Assembly (NCBI GenBank): GCA_002269645.1
Contig: NIVC01004758.1
Location: 1 to 35,810, forward strand
Direction of reading: 5' to 3'
Length of the DNA: 35,810 bases
Source: Macrostomum lignano
Lineage: Eukaryota
The notes under the pieces are model-generated. The model ran no database searches, was not told the DNA's origin, and saw only the letters and a program-made list of their open reading frames with translations. Positions 1-10,944 of the stretch are shown here, in pieces (within the stretch, counting starts at the first letter, position 1; each line of letters starts with the position of its first letter). Both the position numbers and the translations under genes were made by a program.

Positions 1-18
1 AATGATTTGTCGCTAGCC

Positions 19-75
19 TAGGTTAGGGTTAGGGTTAGGGTTAGGGCTAGGGTTAGGGCTAGGGTTAGGGTTAGG
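19..75 (+). repeat. Interstitial telomere-like (TTAGGG/CTAGGG)n tract; a short second tract lies at about 184-201
   Basis: About 9 TTAGGG/CTAGGG units read directly, flanked by non-telomeric sequence on both sides. Confidence 0.85.
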
Positions 76-594
76 TAGGAGAGAATGAAGTGCAGTACCG
101 TCGGATTACGACTACCGGGTCCCAACTGGCAAGGAGAGTGAGTAAGGGTGTATGAATAATCTTTGTCTCATCAGGGATACCTGAGGGCTAGGGTTAGGGT
201 TAATATGGGTTAAAACTAACTGACATGTCATTTGGTCTCAAAGAAATCGTGAGCATTTGTTTCTTAGAAAGACGCAAATTAGTATTAAAATCAGAATGGT
301 CACGCTGTGGGCCACAAAACTCAACGCTACACCATCTGCTCATAAATCTAAAAATCGAATGATGCGTATTCGAACTAGTCTAAAGTACATTTTCAGCTGC
401 GACATCAGCTTTATGGAGAGGAGTTTAAGCTTTCTGCAATAGCTGGGGTAAACTGAAATTGCCAGCAAAATATAACAAGCAGTGTGCACTCGGTGGGGAG
501 AAGCTGCAAAAACATTTCGCTCCGCTGCGGGCAGCGTGTGTTTTTGCTTTTGCGTGCTGAACTTCCTACAGATTTTTGTATGGCATTGTTGACA

Positions 595-787
595 CCAGCA
601 GTGTACATCTGTGCATACCAGCAGTGTACAGCAGTGTACATCTGTGCATACCAGCAGTGTACAGCAGTGTACATCTGTGCATACCAGCAGTGTACAGCAG
701 TGTACATCCGTGCATACCAGCAGTGTACAGCAGTGTACATCTGTGCATACCAGCAGTGTACAGCAGTGTACAGCAGTGTACATCTGT
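595..787. repeat. Minisatellite with a 33-bp unit, (CAGCAGTGTA)2 + CATCTGTGCATAC
   Basis: About 6 near-perfect tandem units; explains the spurious MYTAVHC-type ORFs. Confidence 0.95.
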
Positions 788-975
788 AATGGTTTTATTC
801 CTTGCCTTATTGGCAGTCATTGAACTGGTATCGTATTGACAAATATTTTGCTGAATAATTGTAATGTACGTTCGCTCTCTCTATGTACATCGTTGACTCG
901 CATAAATACATGTATAGCCATCACTGCCCCACGGGGCCTTCGTTGATTTTTACACTGCCAAACACCGCACGTTAC

Positions 976-1272
976 ACATCTGTGCATAACAGCAGTGTAC
1001 AGCAGTGTACATCTGTGCATACCAGCAGTGTACAGCAGTGTACAGCAGTGTACAGCAGTGTACATCTGTGCATACCAGCAGTGTACAGCAGTGTACAGCA
1101 GTGTACAGCAGTGTACAGCAGTGTACATCTGTGCATACCAGCAGTGTACAGCAGTGTACAGCAGTGTACAGCAGTGTACATCTGTGCATACCAGCAGTGT
1201 ACAGCAGTGTACAGCGGTGTAAAGCAGTGTACATCAGAGTGCATTCAATGCACACCAGTGTACATCCGTGTA
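976..1272. repeat. Second array of the same CAGCAGTGTA/CATCTGTGCATAC family, with variable numbers of the 10-mer
   Basis: Same modules as 595-787, separated from it by about 190 bp of unique sequence. Confidence 0.95.
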
Positions 1273-2066
1273 CATCAGAGTACATTCAATGCAACAGAAA
1301 TCCGTCACCTCATTCCAGTTGAGCATGGCAGCAACAATACAGACTGACCTCAATGGTTCGAATTCTCATTTCAAACGCGTGTGCAATAACTTTTTAATTT
1401 GAAATTCAAATTTTCAAACGGACCTTTCTGACTAAGCGGTCAAGTAAAGCGCATTTCAGCTGCTCTCTGCATCAGCCAATCAGGAATGCTGATGGAAATT
1501 CTTTATTGACAGTAGGGCTAAAGTATATAAAATATGCAATAAAAATAGTGGAAAAATGAAATATGCCAACTTGTCTCGATAATTGGGTCGCTTGAAAATT
1601 GAGAGTCCCAACTCGTGCATAAATTAAATAAATTTCCCATCCAAAAACGGGTGCTCAAGAGATCCGATTTCAAGGCCTCAGACGGGTTCGAACTGGCGTG
1701 TGGGGTGCATCGGGGGTTTCAAATATCGATTCTCGGTATGAACTCGGAAATAATTCAATTCTATCGTGGATTTATGACCCGCTTCGGGAAATTCCGACTG
1801 TCTGTCAGCGGGGGAATTTCGAAAAGCAATAAACTGTTGCGTTTTTTGCTGCGCACATTCTGAATCAGTTTTTCCTTGTTTCAATTTTGAAAACTATTTG
1901 AAAATAAGATCTACTGGCTGTTTTTTCTGAATTCCTGAATTTGTTTTTTCAAGTTTTGGACATACTTGGTACAAAACTGGGGCACCGAAGTTCTGCACCC
2001 GCCACCTGCGGCGTCATGTCTTCTGCGCAGGTGTCAGGTGTGAACTTCGCAAAGGGCAATTGTCAG

Positions 2067-2500
2067 GATGGATTGGGGGCGATTCTCAGGGATGGATTGA
2101 GGGCGATTCTCAGTGATGGATTGGGGGCGATTCTCACTGATGGATTAGGGCGATTCTCAGTGATGGGTTGGGGGCGATTCTCAGTGATGGATTGAGGGCG
2201 ATTCTCAGTGATGGATTGGGGCGATTCTCAGTGATGGATTGAGGGCGATTCTCACTGATGGATTGGGGCGATTCTCAGTGATGGATTGAGGGTGATTCTC
2301 AGTGATGGATTGAGGGCGATTCTCAGTGATGGATTGGGGCGATTCTCACTGATGGATTGGGGCGATTCTCAGTGATGGATTGGGGGCGATTCTCAGTGAT
2401 GGATTGAGGGCGATTCTCACTGATGGATTGGGGCGATTCTCAGTGACGGATTGGGGCGATTCTCAGTGATGGATTGGGACGATTCTCAGTGATGGATTGG
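2067..2500. repeat. 23-24 bp minisatellite GATGGATTG(G/A)GG(G)CGATTCTCA(G/C)T, degenerating to about 2600
   Basis: About 18 tandem units. Confidence 0.95.
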
Positions 2501-2644
2501 GGGGGGGGGTTCTAAGGGGCGGATCGAGGTGATGCTTAGGGGCGGATTGAGGTGATTCTTGGAGCGAATTGAGATGGTTCTCAGAGGCGGATTGACAGAT
2601 TCGCAGTCTCAGACACTTTTGCAAGCTCTCCGCCCCGGTCTCAC

Positions 2645-2934
2645 CCGGAGTGGTCACCACCGGCAGGAACTTGTGCTCGCTCAGCAGGCCAAACAGCGGC
2701 GCCTTCGCCACCGGCAGGCTGACATTGCAGCCCCGGGTGACCCCGTCGCTCAGCAGGTGGCTCTCGCTGGCGAAGGCGCGGTAGCGGAAGTCCAGCGGCT
2801 CGCCGCACTGCTGCAGGCCGGCCCGGGCCAGGTCCCAGAACACGCCTCGGAGCTGGCCGGCCACGGTGTCCGAGAACGGCGGGTGACCGAAATAGCAGAC
2901 GGTCAGATTCTCGCTGGCTGGCGAGCCCATGGGC
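2645..2934 (-). CDS. Putative coding exon with a periplasmic-binding-protein type 2 / ligand-binding-domain-like motif (YFGHPPFSDTVAGQLRGVFWDLARAGLQQCGEPLDFRY...)
   Basis: Strong GC3 bias on the minus strand, a CAG acceptor at 2935-2937 and a GTGAGA donor below 2645. The PPF-x4-G-x-L-x-G-x3-DL pattern resembles the start of SBP_bac_3/iGluR S1 domains. Family assignment is by eye; the other exons were not confidently found. Confidence 0.5.
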
Positions 2935-3032
2935 CTGTCTGTGTCTGTCTGTCCGTGTCTGCCTGTCTGTATCTGTTTGTCTGTGTCTGCCTGTCTGTGT
3001 CTGTTCGTCCGTGTCTGTCTGTCCGTGTCTGT
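2935..3032. repeat. Degenerate (GTCT/GTGT)n microsatellite
   Basis: Runs of tgtc/tgtctg immediately intronic to the exon acceptor. Confidence 0.8.
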
Positions 3033-4044
3033 ATTGTCAATCAAGTTGGCCTCCAAGTCAAGCTGTCAACAATCGGGCCCATCCTGTCTCAGTTATATGG
3101 CTAAAGGGGGCGGCAATTCATGGTGAACGGAACGAATAGCGGAGGCAAAGCCGTACGCCAAGGGCCTTCAAACCCTGCGATTCTGCTCGGCTGGGGCTGC
3201 CGTCATTGGCTCGAACTTGGCTTGGCCAATCAAATGAAGCGAGTTGGCAGTTAGGAAAATTCGGCTTCGGCTCCAGTCGGCTGCAGCCCCCTTCCGATGC
3301 TTCTAAGCCGCGACAGTCAATCCGCGGTGCGCCAAGTCACTTCTTCGTTCATTGAGGCGTCTGGCTGGGCAACAGCGCAGCCAGGGGTCAGCAATCAAAC
3401 TTTGGGTTATAACTGTGCTCATATAAGTTGTCACCACGGGGCACAAAAACGTGCTCAAGCTCCGGTGTCGTCAGCAAAAATTGGCCTCATATCTTTATTG
3501 ACTTTCTTCATTTCAAAGCTGGTTTATTCAGAATCATTTTTTATTGACGAGAGATTTTCCAGACCTGGGCACTGGCAGAGTCAGATGTCAAAGGCTTGAC
3601 GATGGGTCATGGCTGATTGCTGCCCAGGAAGTCTTGCCAGAAATGCGACCAGCTTCTTTAAGGAGCAAATCAATAGCCTTTGAGGTGACTTTGAGACTTA
3701 AAAATTGAACTTGGTGCTCGATTCCAAGTAGGAAGTAGGAAATGAATAAGCTTGTCTTGGAGATCAGATTACTCAACCAGCACTGAGTCGAGTCCAGTTT
3801 AGGGGCGATTGTTCTAAAATCAATCGCGAAAATTCCAATTTATAGACGGTAAAATTCCCGCCGCGAAACCAGCAGCGATCAGCAAGTGGCGGCTTCAATC
3901 CAACTCATAGCCACAGCTCTCCACTCTCCTCACCAGTCTTGCTTTCTGATTGTAATAAAAATTGTAACCACATGTATGTATTTTAATATATAATGTAGAG
4001 TGCATATAGTGTAACCCTAACTCTAATGATTATAGGCACCCTGG

Positions 4045-4200
4045 CAAAATCGACCCACGATTCCTGCATGAGCACACACAAGCGCGCCAATACTGTACTC
4101 AGACACGCGCTCAGTGGACAGCGGCCCAGACTTTCCAATCGCACGGAATCGAACCAGGGACCATGGCGTGAGAGTCAGCCATGAGCTGCACTACCCCCTA
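4045..4200 (-). mobile_element. tRNA-headed SINE-like sequence
   Basis: Minus-strand B box GGTTCGATTCC at 4145-4155, a G-rich 5' start, and a body segment resembling the SINE-like copy at 9832-10080. Confidence 0.5.
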
Positions 4201-4764
4201 CACGTAAATATTATTGCTTTATGGCGGACTTTGCACTAAGATAGAGATGAATACATGTACGTTTCTCTAAACGGCTATTAAATCTGGATAACCTAGACTA
4301 CTATAGTAATAACTTACCTGCACAGCAGTGCAGACTATATCTAGTGTACACACTCACGGCATCGCTACAGCCCACACAACTTCATTAGCGGCAACAGCAG
4401 TCGCATTCTAATCTCCTGTCTACAGAACCTAGACGAGTATTTCTGTTCTGCAGTAGCCATGCCAAAGCAATTTTCATTGATGGCGTTTTCTATACGCACA
4501 AGATTACGAGTATTCTCGTCTACTTAGCCGTTTTTTCTTTAATATGAATTTCGAATTCTCACAACTAATATCGCATACTTTTGGCTGAGTACAGCCATTG
4601 CTCGAACGTTTTTGACAGACTGAGACGGCGGATGAATGCAGATAGAGGTTGGGGCGTGAGGAAGCTAGGAGGATGACTGAGAGATAGGTAGGTAGCTCCG
4701 AGGTGAATTTGCTAGGATGGAGACTAAGAGGGTCGTCAAGGATAAGTAAGCCAGGATTAAGAGG

Positions 4765-5157
4765 TAGTCAAGAGTGAGAGAGTCAGTCAAGAGTGAGAGG
4801 TAGACAAGAGTGAGAGGTAGTCAAGAGTGAGAGGTAGTCAAGCTAGAGTGAGAGGTAGTCAAGAGTGAGAGGTAGTCAAGAGTGAGAGGTAGACAAGAGT
4901 GAGAGGTAGACAAGAGTGAGAGGTAGTCAAGAGTGAGAGGTAGTCAAGAGTGAGAGGTAGACAAGAGTGAGAGGTAGTCAAGAGTGAGAGGTAGACAAGA
5001 GTGAGAGGTAGACAAGAGTGAGAGGTAGTCAAGAGTGAGAGGTAGTCAAGAGTGAGAGGTAGACAAGAGTGAGAGGTAGACAAGAGTGAGAGGTAGTCAA
5101 GAGTGAGAGGTAGTCAAGAGTGAGGTAGACAAGAGTGAGAGGTAGTCAAGAGTGAGG
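4765..5157. repeat. 17-bp minisatellite CAAGAGTGAGAGGTAG(T/A)
   Basis: More than 20 tandem units. Confidence 0.95.
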
Positions 5158-5380
5158 TCCGAAATTCCAGTTAAGAAAGATAAATTAAACAAAAGTACTC
5201 GGCAACCAGATCTTAAATTGGAGTTGAATTATTGCATTATGAGTAACATACACTGACTGTAGTTAAGTGCTAGAAAATTGTTGATGCATTATTTAAATAC
5301 AAAACGCAACAAAATGTGTGTAGCAAGCGGTCCTCAATGACACACAAAATGCTCATCGCAGTCCGATCGGACAGCAAAGG

Positions 5381-5566
5381 TCAGGCGTTCTGCTCATCGC
5401 GCAGGGGAATCACGTAGCGCTGCGGCACAGCCAGCGAGGGCGCGATGCCTTCAGGGTAGGACGGGTCCTCGAAGAACAGCTGGTAGTCTTCGTGCACCGA
5501 GGTCGGCGGCTCGTCCACCAGGGCGCGGTAGAAGCAGGTGGTCTGCGGGTACAGGGCCAGCACCAT
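5381..5566 (-). CDS. SGF29: SGF29 exon 6 (last): second Tudor domain, MVLALYPQTTCFYRAL...QRYVIPLRDEQNA*
   Basis: VLALYPQTTCFYRAL is the SGF29/CCDC101 signature; CAG acceptor at 5567-5569, phase 0. Confidence 0.97.
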   Translation of the reverse strand: MVLALYPQTTCFYRALVDEPPTSVHEDYQLFFEDPSYPEGIAPSLAVPQRYVIPLRDEQNA

Positions 5567-5581
5567 CTGGCGCGGCGGGAG

Positions 5582-6486
5582 TGGGCGATTCTCAGGGGCG
5601 GATTTGGCGATTCTCAGGGGCGGATTTGGCGATTCTCAGGGGCAGATTGGGATGATTCTCAGGGGCGGATTGGGATTATTCTCAGGGGCGGATTGGGATG
5701 ATTCTCAGGGGCGGATTGGGATGATTCTCAGGGGCGGATTGGGATGATTCTCAGGGGCGGATTGGGATGATTCTCAGGGGCGGATTGGGATGATTCTCAG
5801 GGGCGGATTGGGATGATTCTCAGGGGCGGATTGGGATGATTCTCAGGGGCGGATTGGGATGATTCTCAGGGGCGGATTGGGATGATTCTCAGGGGCGGAT
5901 TGGGATGATTCTCAGGGGCGGATTGGGATGATTCTCAGGGGCGGATTGGGATGATTCTCAGGGGCGGATTGGGATGATTCTCAGGGGCGGATTGGGATGA
6001 TTCTCAGGGGCGGATTGGGATGATTCTCAGGGGCGGATTGGGATGATTCTCAGGGGCGGATTGGGATGATTCTCAGGGGCGGATTGGGATGATTCTCAGG
6101 GGCGGATTGGGATGATTCTCAGGGGCGGATTGGGATGATTCTCAGGGGCGGATTGGGATGATTCTCAGGGGCGGATTTGGCGATTCTCAGGGGCGGATTT
6201 GGCGATTCTCAGAAGGCGTATTTGGCGATTCTCAGGGGCGGATTTGGCGATTCTCAGGGGCGGATTGAGATGATTCTCAGGGGCGGATTGGGGTGATTCT
6301 CAGGGGCGGATTTGGCGATTCTCAGAAGGCGTATTTGGCGATTCTCAGGGGCGGATCGGGGTGATTCTCAGAGGCGGATTGGGGTGATTCTCAGGGGCGG
6401 ATCGGGGTGATTCTCAGGGGCGGATTGGGGTGATTCTCAGGGGCGGATTGGGGTGATTCTCACGGGCGGATTGGGATGATTCTCAA
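5582..6486. repeat. 23-bp minisatellite GGGGCGGATTGGGATGATTCTCA filling SGF29 intron 5
   Basis: About 39 tandem units with a homogeneous centre and variant edges. Confidence 0.97.
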
Positions 6487-6548
6487 GGACGAGTTAAACA
6501 CAAGTATAGCGCAAAATCGATTCCAAAAATTCAAATCCGGAACCTCAC

Positions 6549-6642
6549 CTCGCCCTTTTTAAAGATCGCCTCCGGGTTGGTCTCCGGGTTGGCCTTCCAC
6601 AGCGGCAGGGGAATCACGCTGGTCTTGGGCAGCGAGTGCCGC
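6549..6642 (-). CDS. SGF29: SGF29 exon 5: RHSLPKTSVIPLPLWKANPETNPEAIFKKGE
   Basis: Matches the IPLPxWKANPETxPEAxF segment of SGF29. TAG acceptor and GTGAGG donor; the 94-bp length fits the phases of both neighbours. Not in the ORF track. Confidence 0.95.
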
Positions 6643-6872
6643 CTACAAGTCAAAATCCAGAGGCATCAGCTGAGTTAATTCAATGCGTGTCGGGGCTTGA
6701 GATGCGATCGGTGGGTCAGACAGATTGGCAGGAATGCAAAGTAAACAGCGGCATGCTGGAGGCAGCGGCAGTGGCGCAAACCGTGATGACAGAAAAACTG
6801 AATCAAAATCTTCCCATGCGGACCAGGACCTCTGGATGTCTGAACCAGGGACAGTCTCTCAGCAGGTAAGTA

Positions 6873-7445
6873 TTTAGCGAAGGTTTGGGTCTGTTTCCTG
6901 TCCAGGTTTCTAGAGTCCTTGGTGCAGGGGTAAACATTTAGCGAAGGTGTGGGTCTGCTTCTAGTCCAGGTTTCTAGAGTCCTTGGTGCAGGGGTAAACA
7001 TTTAGCGAAGGTGTGGGTCTGCTTCTAGTCCAGGTTTCTAGAGTCCTTGGTGCAGGGGTAAACATTTAGCGAAGGTGTGGGTCTGCTTCTAGTCCAGGTT
7101 TCTAGAGTCCTTGGTGCAGGGGTAAACATTTAGCGAAGGTGTGGGTCTGCTTCTAGTCCAGGTTTCTAGAGTCCTTGGTGCAGGGGTAAACATTTAGCGA
7201 AGGTGTGGGTCTGCTTCTAGTCCAGGTTTCTAGAGGTCCTTGGTGCAGTGGTAAGCATTTAGCGAAGGTGTGGATTCTGCTTCCAGTCCAGGTTTCTAGA
7301 GGTCCTTGGTGCAGGGGTAAACATTTAGAAAAGGTGTGGGTCTGTTTCCAGTCCAGATTTTTAGAGTCCTTGGTGCAGGCGTAAGCATTTAGCGAAAGTG
7401 TGGGTCTGCGTCCAGTCCAGGCCTCTAAAAGTCCTTGGTGTGGGT
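6873..7445. repeat. 64-bp minisatellite in SGF29 intron 4
   Basis: Unit starts at 6873, 6937, 7001 and so on; about 9 copies. Confidence 0.95.
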
Positions 7446-8131
7446 AAGCTCAAGGGCAATAACAGTCAGGCAATGCTTATGCACCAGAATCGATAGCATT
7501 AATAAAAAAAGCTAGTAAGTTAGCAGCACGCTAACTGTGAGAGTAACACGAGTACTTGGACCTGTCGGTTACTAAAGATATTCATTCAGAATTCTAAATT
7601 TAATCTAAGTTTAGATTAATAACAATTTTAGTTCTTATTTTTAAGAGTTTACATCAAGGTAGCTCAGACAGAACTGAACTGTTTGGTTCAAATTGGCGCG
7701 CAAAACTGCAAGCATGCAATCCGTTTAAACAAACGAGCGCGTCAGATCAAATATTTATGTACAAGGAAAACTAGCTAGCTAAGTGACACAAATATTTTAG
7801 GCTAGTTAGTATAACTGTACTACTAAGACAGAGGAGTGAGCAGTAGCATATGCGGCACCAGATTATGACAAAAATATTTTCGAGATTGGTTAAATGCAAC
7901 AGCGAATGCACTTACTCCGGTCTGCTTTCCGGTTGAGGGACGAGTGAAGGGTGGAGCGGTTAGAAGTGAAATCAATGAGCTTTGCGTGTACATCATTGTT
8001 TGCTTAATTAAATATCATTCAGCCGTTAACTACATGAATCCGAAAATTATTATACTGCATTAAAAAAACTTGCAAATGAATCTACTATAAGTAGCTGATT
8101 GATCAACATGTTTGACTAGCAAGTGATGGGC

Positions 8132-9187
8132 ACCAGATAAAGCATGGAAACGGGACAGGGGACAGGGGTGCCAGATAAAGCATGGAAACGGGACAGGAGT
8201 TTCCAGATAAAGCATGGAAACGGGACAGGGGTGCCAGATAAAGCATGGAAACGGGACAGGGGTGCCAGATAAAGCAAGGAAACGGGACAGGAGTTTCCAG
8301 ATAAAGCAAGGAAACGGGACAGGAGTTTCCAGATAAAGCAAGGAAACGGGACAGGAGTTTCCAGATAAAGCATGGAAACGGGACAGGAGTTTCCAGATAA
8401 AGCAAGGAAACGGGACAGGAGTTTCCAGATAAAGCAAGGAAACGGGACAGGAGTTTCCAGATAAATCATGGAAACGGGACAGGAGTGCCAGATAAAGCAT
8501 GGAAACGGGACATGGGTGCCAGATAAATCATGGAAACGGGACAGGGGTGCCAGATAAAGCATGGAAACGGGACATGGGTGCCAGATAAAGCATGGAAACG
8601 GGACAGGGGTGCCAGATAAAGCATGGAAACGGGACAGGGGTGCCAGATAAATCATGGAAACGGGAAATGGGTGCCAGATAAACCATGGAAACGGGACAGG
8701 GGTGCCAGATAAACCATGGAAACGGGACAGGGGTGCCAGATAAATCATGGAAACGGGACAGGAGTGCCAGATAAACCATGGAAACGGGACAGGGGTGCCA
8801 GATAAACCATGGAAACGGGACAGGGGTGCCAGATAAACCATGGAAACGGGACAGGGGTGCAAGATAAATCATGGAAACGGGACAGGGGTGCCAGATAAAC
8901 CATGGAAACGGGACAGGGGTGCCAGATAAACCATGGAAACGGGACATGGGTGCAAGATAAAGCATGGAAACGGGACAGGGGTGCAAGATAAAGCATGGAA
9001 ACGGGACAGGGGTGCAAGATAAAGCATGGAAACGGGACAGGGGTGCCAGATAAAGCATGGAAACGGAACAGGGGTGCCAGATAAAGCATGGAAACGGGAC
9101 ATGGGTGCCAGATAAAGCATGGAAACGGGACAGGGGTGCCAGATAAAGCATGGAAACGGGACATGGGTGCCAGATAAAGCATGGAAA
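8132..9187. repeat. 30/31-bp minisatellite CCAGATAAAGCATGGAAACGGGACAGG(GGTG/AGTTT) in SGF29 intron 4
   Basis: About 35 units arranged in blocks of variants. Confidence 0.97.
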
Positions 9188-9307
9188 CAAGTGCAGTTGC
9201 ATACACAGTGACACGCAGTTCGCCTGCGACAAGTGCCTGCCAACACAGACACAACTAGCCAAAAGCATGTCTAAACCAAAGACAAGAGCAGCACACAGCG
9301 AACTCAC

Positions 9308-9652
9308 TCCTTGCCCTCCTCGGCATCCACATCGGCCACGTGGTAGCGGCCGTTGGTCCACTGGTACTTGATGACCTCAGCCAGGATCCAGTTGTCCTCG
9401 CCGTCCTCCCTCACCAGGGCGGCGATCTTGTCCCTGGGCTGGCAGATGTAAGACGGGTCGGGGGCCCGGGAGCCGCACAGCGGGGGCGCCTCGTGGCCGG
9501 GTTCGCCAACCCACAGCGGCAGGGTGCGGGCCGCCTCCTGCAGCAGCGACATCAGGACGCCGCGGCGGACCACCGTCGGTGCGCTGTACTTGCTGAGCGA
9601 CTCCTTGAGCTCGCGAATTTCAACGATCAAGTCGAGAGCCTTTTTTAGGCAT
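9308..9652 (-). CDS. SGF29: SGF29 exon 4: CLKKALDLIVEIR...RRGVLMSLLQEAARTLPLWVG...WILAEVIKY...DVDAEEGKE
   Basis: RRGVLM.LL..A.TLPLW.G and WILAEV are SGF29 motifs; CAG acceptor at 9653-9655 and GTGAGT donor. Confidence 0.97.
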
Positions 9653-9831
9653 CTGAGGGTTGAGATATTTTTAACTAACAATTAACTAGCAGTTTATAAG
9701 CCAGTTCGATAATAATAACGTGAGAGAGAATCGGAGCCACTGATCTCAGAACACGCACACGCTCACACAAGGTGTACACCCGATGAAAACGGTACCCAAG
9801 ACAAAGAAGAGTCTCACAAAGTTACTTGCGT

Positions 9832-10080
9832 AGGGGGGCCGTAGCCGAGCGGTAGCGCAGCTGCTCTGGTGTGCCAGCGACCCAGGCTCGATTCCAAGTG
9901 CAGTCACATTAATTTGGGGCTGAATTGGAATCTCGACTTGGCTCTGCTCGTGCAACTGACGGCCTTGAGAGCCAACCCCCAAGGCGCAGAGAAGTGTACA
10001 TGCCTAACGATAATATAAAGTTAGGGCCGCTGTACACTCCTGTGCGAGTGTGTGCCTGCGTACGTATCCGCGCGCTTTTA
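9832..10080 (+). mobile_element. tRNA-derived SINE-like element in SGF29 intron 3
   Basis: A-box-like TAGCCGAGCGG and B-box-like GGCTCGATTCC at tRNA-type spacing, followed by a non-tRNA body; no complete cloverleaf recognised. Confidence 0.55.
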
Positions 10081-10379
10081 TGCCTGCTCAGGAGAGTCGG
10101 CGGAATGGGCAGTAATGCCTCTCGCCGGTTGTGTGCCTATGTCGCTTAAAGTGCGCCTCTAATAAAAAAAGTTAATTGCGTTGTTCCAGAGTTGTCTTAA
10201 AGTCATTGCAGGCAACACAGGTAAAGCAGGAAAGAAGTGACTCAATACGACTCTAAAACGAGATGTCACGGTACAAGTCGCCAAAACGTCGTCAAAGAAT
10301 CACTTGAGAGTCAATCTGAGGCTTTTTATTGTCTGCGACTCTGAAACGACTCTGGGGCCGTAGAGTCACGTCTGAGGCA

Positions 10380-10641
10380 CACTCTAGGCGCTTTAAGAGG
10401 CTGGAATCCATTTGCGGGACAGCGGACCCGAATTTCCCATCATCAGACAGTGTAAACACTCTAGGCGCTTTAAGAGGCTGGAATCCATTTGCGGGACAGC
10501 GGACCCGAATTTCCCATCATCAGACAGTGTAAACACTCTAGGCGCTTTAAGAGGCTGGAATCCATTTGCGGGACAGCGGACCCGAATTTCCCATCATCAG
10601 ACAGTGTAAACACTCTAGGCGCTTTAAGAGGCTGGAATCCA
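10380..10641. repeat. 77-bp tandem repeat, about 3.4 apparently identical copies
   Basis: Unit starts at 10380, 10457, 10534 and 10611. Confidence 0.95.
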
Positions 10642-10821
10642 TGTGCGTGAAGACCACGACAAGCCCAAGGCTGAGCTTCGTGCATACAGAAAGCAATGAC
10701 TCTGCGGACTACTCAGCCCAAGCAGAAGACGTTGGCAAAGTGACTAAAATTAAACTGCTAAGACTGGAGACAGAGACTGTCGGGTCAGATTACAAGCACA
10801 ATTAGCAAGTGAAGTACTCAC

Positions 10822-10894
10822 TCCTGCTCAGTTTCCGCATCGTTCATGGCCTGCATGTAGAGAGCCTGCAGCTTGTTCTTGGTCTGCGATTGGA
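10822..10894 (-). CDS. SGF29: SGF29 exon 3: QSQTKNKLQALYMQAMNDAETEQE
   Basis: Aligns by eye to the KLxxLYxxAxxDAExE segment. CAG and GTGAGT sites; 73 bp with consistent phases. Confidence 0.92.
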
Positions 10895-10944
10895 CTGTTC
10901 AATGATAAATAACAGGGCGGGCGGTTAGACAGGGGCTTGCGTTG

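Noticed and set aside
1-75. True chromosome end
   Set aside because: Wrong strand polarity for a left end, degenerate units, and non-telomeric bases outside the tract.
340-1347. Many overlapping ORFs (MYTAVHCC..., SSVQQCT...)
   Set aside because: Six-frame translations of the 10/33-bp tandem repeat; no splice or codon evidence.
2559-3104. Plus-strand 181-aa ORF, and similar antisense ORFs over SGF29, shugoshin, MKK4 and ADD exons
   Set aside because: Shadow frames produced by GC3-rich coding on the opposite strand.
7690-7705. E2F-like site TTGGCGCGCAAAA
   Set aside because: An isolated motif deep in an intron with no promoter context.
8060-9361. Long Cys/Pro-rich ORFs (PVPFPCFIWH...)
   Set aside because: Translations of the 30-bp intronic minisatellite.
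9832-9905. Functional tRNA gene
   Set aside because: A and B boxes are present but I could not fold a full cloverleaf, and the sequence runs into a SINE-like body.
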